Shown: positions 62,055-64,000 of the stretch, piece after piece
Layout: the number at the start of each line of letters is the position of its first letter
Position numbering within the stretch: position 1 is the stretch's first letter
Virus record (IMG/VR): IMGVR_UViG_3300031760_000005
Coordinates: 93,696 to 157,695 of that record
DNA length: 64,000 nt
DNA from: a virus
Taxonomy: Duplodnaviria > Caudoviricetes
Direction: 5' to 3' (one strand)
Position numbers and translations under genes: made by a program
Notes under the pieces: model-generated
What the model saw: the letters and a program-made list of their open reading frames with translations, nothing else
Databases searched by the model: none
Told to the model about the DNA's origin: nothing

Positions 62055-62273
62055 TTAGATTTCAAAATCATCTAAATATGTAATTGACCAATAACCATGA
62101 GAAGCATAACTCATTGAATAATCATTATCATCTTCTTCATAACAAAGTAATGCTGGATATTTTTCAAAATCTTTTACTTCAAGATAATGACTTACTTTAT
62201 ATCTATTCCAACTATCAATAAAGCTTTGAGCTTCCTTTTCATTTCTAATTAATGTTTTGTTACAAAGTTCCAT
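62055..62273 (-). CDS. hypothetical protein
   Basis: 72 aa in operon. Confidence 0.6.
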   Translation of the reverse strand: MELCNKTLIRNEKEAQSFIDSWNRYKVSHYLEVKDFEKYPALLCYEEDDNDYSMSYASHGYWSITYLDDFEI

Positions 62274-62275
62274 AA

Positions 62276-63097
62276 TTATTTATTATATAATTTTGTTAAT
62301 ACTCCTTTTATTAATCCCCATACTGTAGTTTTATTTTGTGGTTTTGCAAATCCTTTAGTATGTTTTACTTGCGATTTAATTTGAGTTCTATCATACAAAT
62401 AATCAACTGTTGTTTTCCTTGCATATAATTCATTAATATCAATATCATTTTTATCTTCTTCTGAAATATAATCAAGAAGTTTAATGAAATGCCAATAACT
62501 TAAACAAGTTCTTTTAAAATCATTTTCATTACCACATTGACAATCTTTATTAAATTCTACAAAAACTTTATCAAGGCTTTCATCTTTATAATATTTTCTA
62601 AGATTTATTTCACAATTACAATATCCTTTACTACTAAATAAATCATTTAAAGCTTTTGAATGTTCTGAACATTGTCTAAAGAATGTTTTATATCTATTAT
62701 CTTCCGAATCATATCTTATAGACTTATTTATCCATTCATACCAGTAATAATCGTCAGGTTCATTAGTATATTTATTATTTTCCCAATCATATTTATAATT
62801 ATGACTTAAATACAATTTAAAATCATCTTTTGAAGTATTAATAATGTCTTTATAAATATCATAAGGTATAGAATGATATATACAAGGGCAATTACTATTT
62901 AAATATTTTTTGCATTTTTGAATTTCTTTATCAAGATATTCATTAACTTCCTGTTCATTAAAATCATGTTTAATACAATAATATACTAAATTCATACCAT
63001 GATAATAAAAACTTGTATTATCATTATTTGTACCTTTAATTGCTTTCTTCAAAAATATATATGAAGGTTTAGCTGTTTTATAATTCAATTTTTCCAT
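62276..63097 (-). CDS. hypothetical protein
   Basis: 273 aa. Confidence 0.7.
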   Translation of the reverse strand: MEKLNYKTAKPSYIFLKKAIKGTNNDNTSFYYHGMNLVYYCIKHDFNEQEVNEYLDKEIQKCKKYLNSNCPCIYHSIPYDIYKDIINTSKDDFKLYLSHNYKYDWENNKYTNEPDDYYWYEWINKSIRYDSEDNRYKTFFRQCSEHSKALNDLFSSKGYCNCEINLRKYYKDESLDKVFVEFNKDCQCGNENDFKRTCLSYWHFIKLLDYISEEDKNDIDINELYARKTTVDYLYDRTQIKSQVKHTKGFAKPQNKTTVWGLIKGVLTKLYNK

Positions 63098-63115
63098 AAT
63101 TTATTACTTATATAT

Positions 63116-63568
63116 TTATTCCCAAAAAATAATTTTATCAATATATTCACAATAATCTCCATTATCAGAAAGTTCATTTAAAATTTCGTCATCAATATAA
63201 TCTTCATATCCGGCGGCAAATAAATGTTCTTTTACTCTATTAATAAACAACACATCATCTTTTTGTTCATCAAATCGTGAATTACGATATGGGTAAAATG
63301 GAGATCCGTGAAAGTAATATTTCCATGATAAAATACCGCGATTAATCCAATATTTCTTACCATGAAGAATCCATCTATAATAAGTAATAAGATTGTGGAT
63401 TTTGACCTTTCTTTCATTAATTTCATCTACAATACTTTGTAAACTTTTGCCTTCAGGTCTATTTGCAAGTTTACGAGTTTTCTTTTGCTCTCTTTGTTCA
63501 TTTGCGAGTCGAGCGATCTCTACTTTCATTGCACTAAGTAATGCATTTCTTAATTCATTGTTTTCCAT
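63116..63568 (-). CDS. hypothetical protein (basic N-terminal helix)
   Basis: K.EI..LA.EQ...K..RK; first gene after leader. Confidence 0.7.
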   Translation of the reverse strand: MENNELRNALLSAMKVEIARLANEQREQKKTRKLANRPEGKSLQSIVDEINERKVKIHNLITYYRWILHGKKYWINRGILSWKYYFHGSPFYPYRNSRFDEQKDDVLFINRVKEHLFAAGYEDYIDDEILNELSDNGDYCEYIDKIIFWE

Positions 63569-63681
63569 ATTTGTAAATATTAATAATTTTATTTATAATG
63601 ATCTGGTGCTCTATAAATCCAATTCTATTCAACAAAATGAACACCATAAACAGTTGAACAGATTTAATAAATAAAATCTAT

Positions 63682-63723
63682 TTACGGAAAACCTCTAACA
63701 GCAATCTACCAATGTTGTCTCAT
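63682..63723 (-). promoter_or_regulatory. leader peptide uORF MRQHW*IAVRGFP with internal TAG
   Basis: ATG AGA CAA CAT TGG TAG ATT GCT GTT AGA GGT TTT CCG TAA after AT-rich aaattATG context like real genes here. Confidence 0.5.
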
Positions 63724-63741
63724 AATTTTACTTAATTTAAT

Positions 63742-63870
63742 TTATTTAACTTTATGTGATTCTCTAAATTCTTTCCATTCACTTTCAGAAAGCTCTGGTT
63801 GATTTTCTATAGCTTTTCGCTCTTCTTCAAAAATAGATAACCACAATTCTCTTGTTTTATTAATATCCAT
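63742..63870 (-). CDS. 42-aa hypothetical protein (start reassigned, downstream of tRNA)
   Basis: MDINKTRELWLSIFEEERKAIENQPELSESEWKEFRESHKVK. Confidence 0.5.
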   Translation of the reverse strand: MDINKTRELWLSIFEEERKAIENQPELSESEWKEFRESHKVK

Positions 63871-63872
63871 TG

Positions 63873-63943
63873 TGATCCCAGTAGGACTCGAACCCACCTC
63901 TGTTGTTTTAGAAGCAACGGCACAACCTCTGTACCATGGGACC
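63873..63943 (-). tRNA. amber suppressor tRNA, anticodon CTA
   Basis: GGTCCCA/TGGGATC acceptor, GTAC-AGAGGTT-GTGC D arm, GTTGC-TTCTAAA-ACAAC anticodon arm (one C:A mismatch), GTGGG-TTCGAGT-CCTAC T arm; CCA not encoded. Confidence 0.8.
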
Positions 63944-63950
63944 AAATTTG

Positions 63951-64000
63951 ATGACGAGGAGGGAATTGAACCCACAGCTGGACTAATCCGGTAGTCATCC
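63951..64000 (-). tRNA. 3' part of a long-variable-arm tRNA (class II), truncated by window edge
   Basis: GGA-TTAG-TCC variable hairpin then GTGGG-TTCAATT-CCCTC T arm; anticodon not fully in window. Confidence 0.55.

Noticed and set aside
1110-63674. Short antisense or alternative-frame ORFs in the track (e.g. 3310, 9652, 11876, 13336, 19109, 27481, 29653, 45497, 52019, 63393)
   Set aside because: They overlap well-supported genes and show shadow-ORF composition without motifs
63906-63914. Reading the tRNA anticodon as TCT (Arg)
   Set aside because: Centring on TCT destroys anticodon-stem pairing; GTTG/CAAC symmetry centres the loop on CTA. Kept only as a caveat
63742-63998. ORF-track entries 63742..63975 and 63807..63998
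   Set aside because: They run through tRNA genes; only 63742-63870 is a plausible CDS
63951-64000. 3' end of tmRNA to partner SmpB
   Set aside because: A short hairpin before the T arm fits a class II tRNA variable arm; the sequence is truncated so tmRNA cannot be supported

Overview
This is a very AT-rich, densely coding segment of a T4-like (myoviral) jumbo phage. The host is most plausibly in the Bacteroidota (Lak/Prevotella-megaphage-like), inferred from gene families rather than any database search. It carries head and packaging genes (gp2, gp4, portal, terminase large subunit), baseplate/tail genes, two modular His-motif tail fibres, a lysis cluster, a MoxR-type AAA + VWA-metallopeptidase pair, four tandem BspA/DUF285 repeat genes and nucleotide-metabolism genes. 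It also carries several translation factors: S1-like, SmpB, YqeY, ArfA-like, Pth2-like and tRNAs. Two systems stand out. (1) About 20 otherwise unrelated proteins share a 10-residue N-terminal tag, M-K/R-x-L/I-x-x-x-I/L-x-E|S. It resembles the T4 internal-protein capsid-targeting sequence plus a prohead-protease site, suggesting a large head-packaged, injected cargo set. (2) An amber-gated translation module at the right end: a CTA-anticodon suppressor tRNA, a TAG-containing leader peptide ending RGFP followed by a pseudoknot, and a Pth2-like gene with an in-frame TAG that the ORF track missed. No credible gene in the window that I checked ends in TAG, and the large structural genes contain none in frame.
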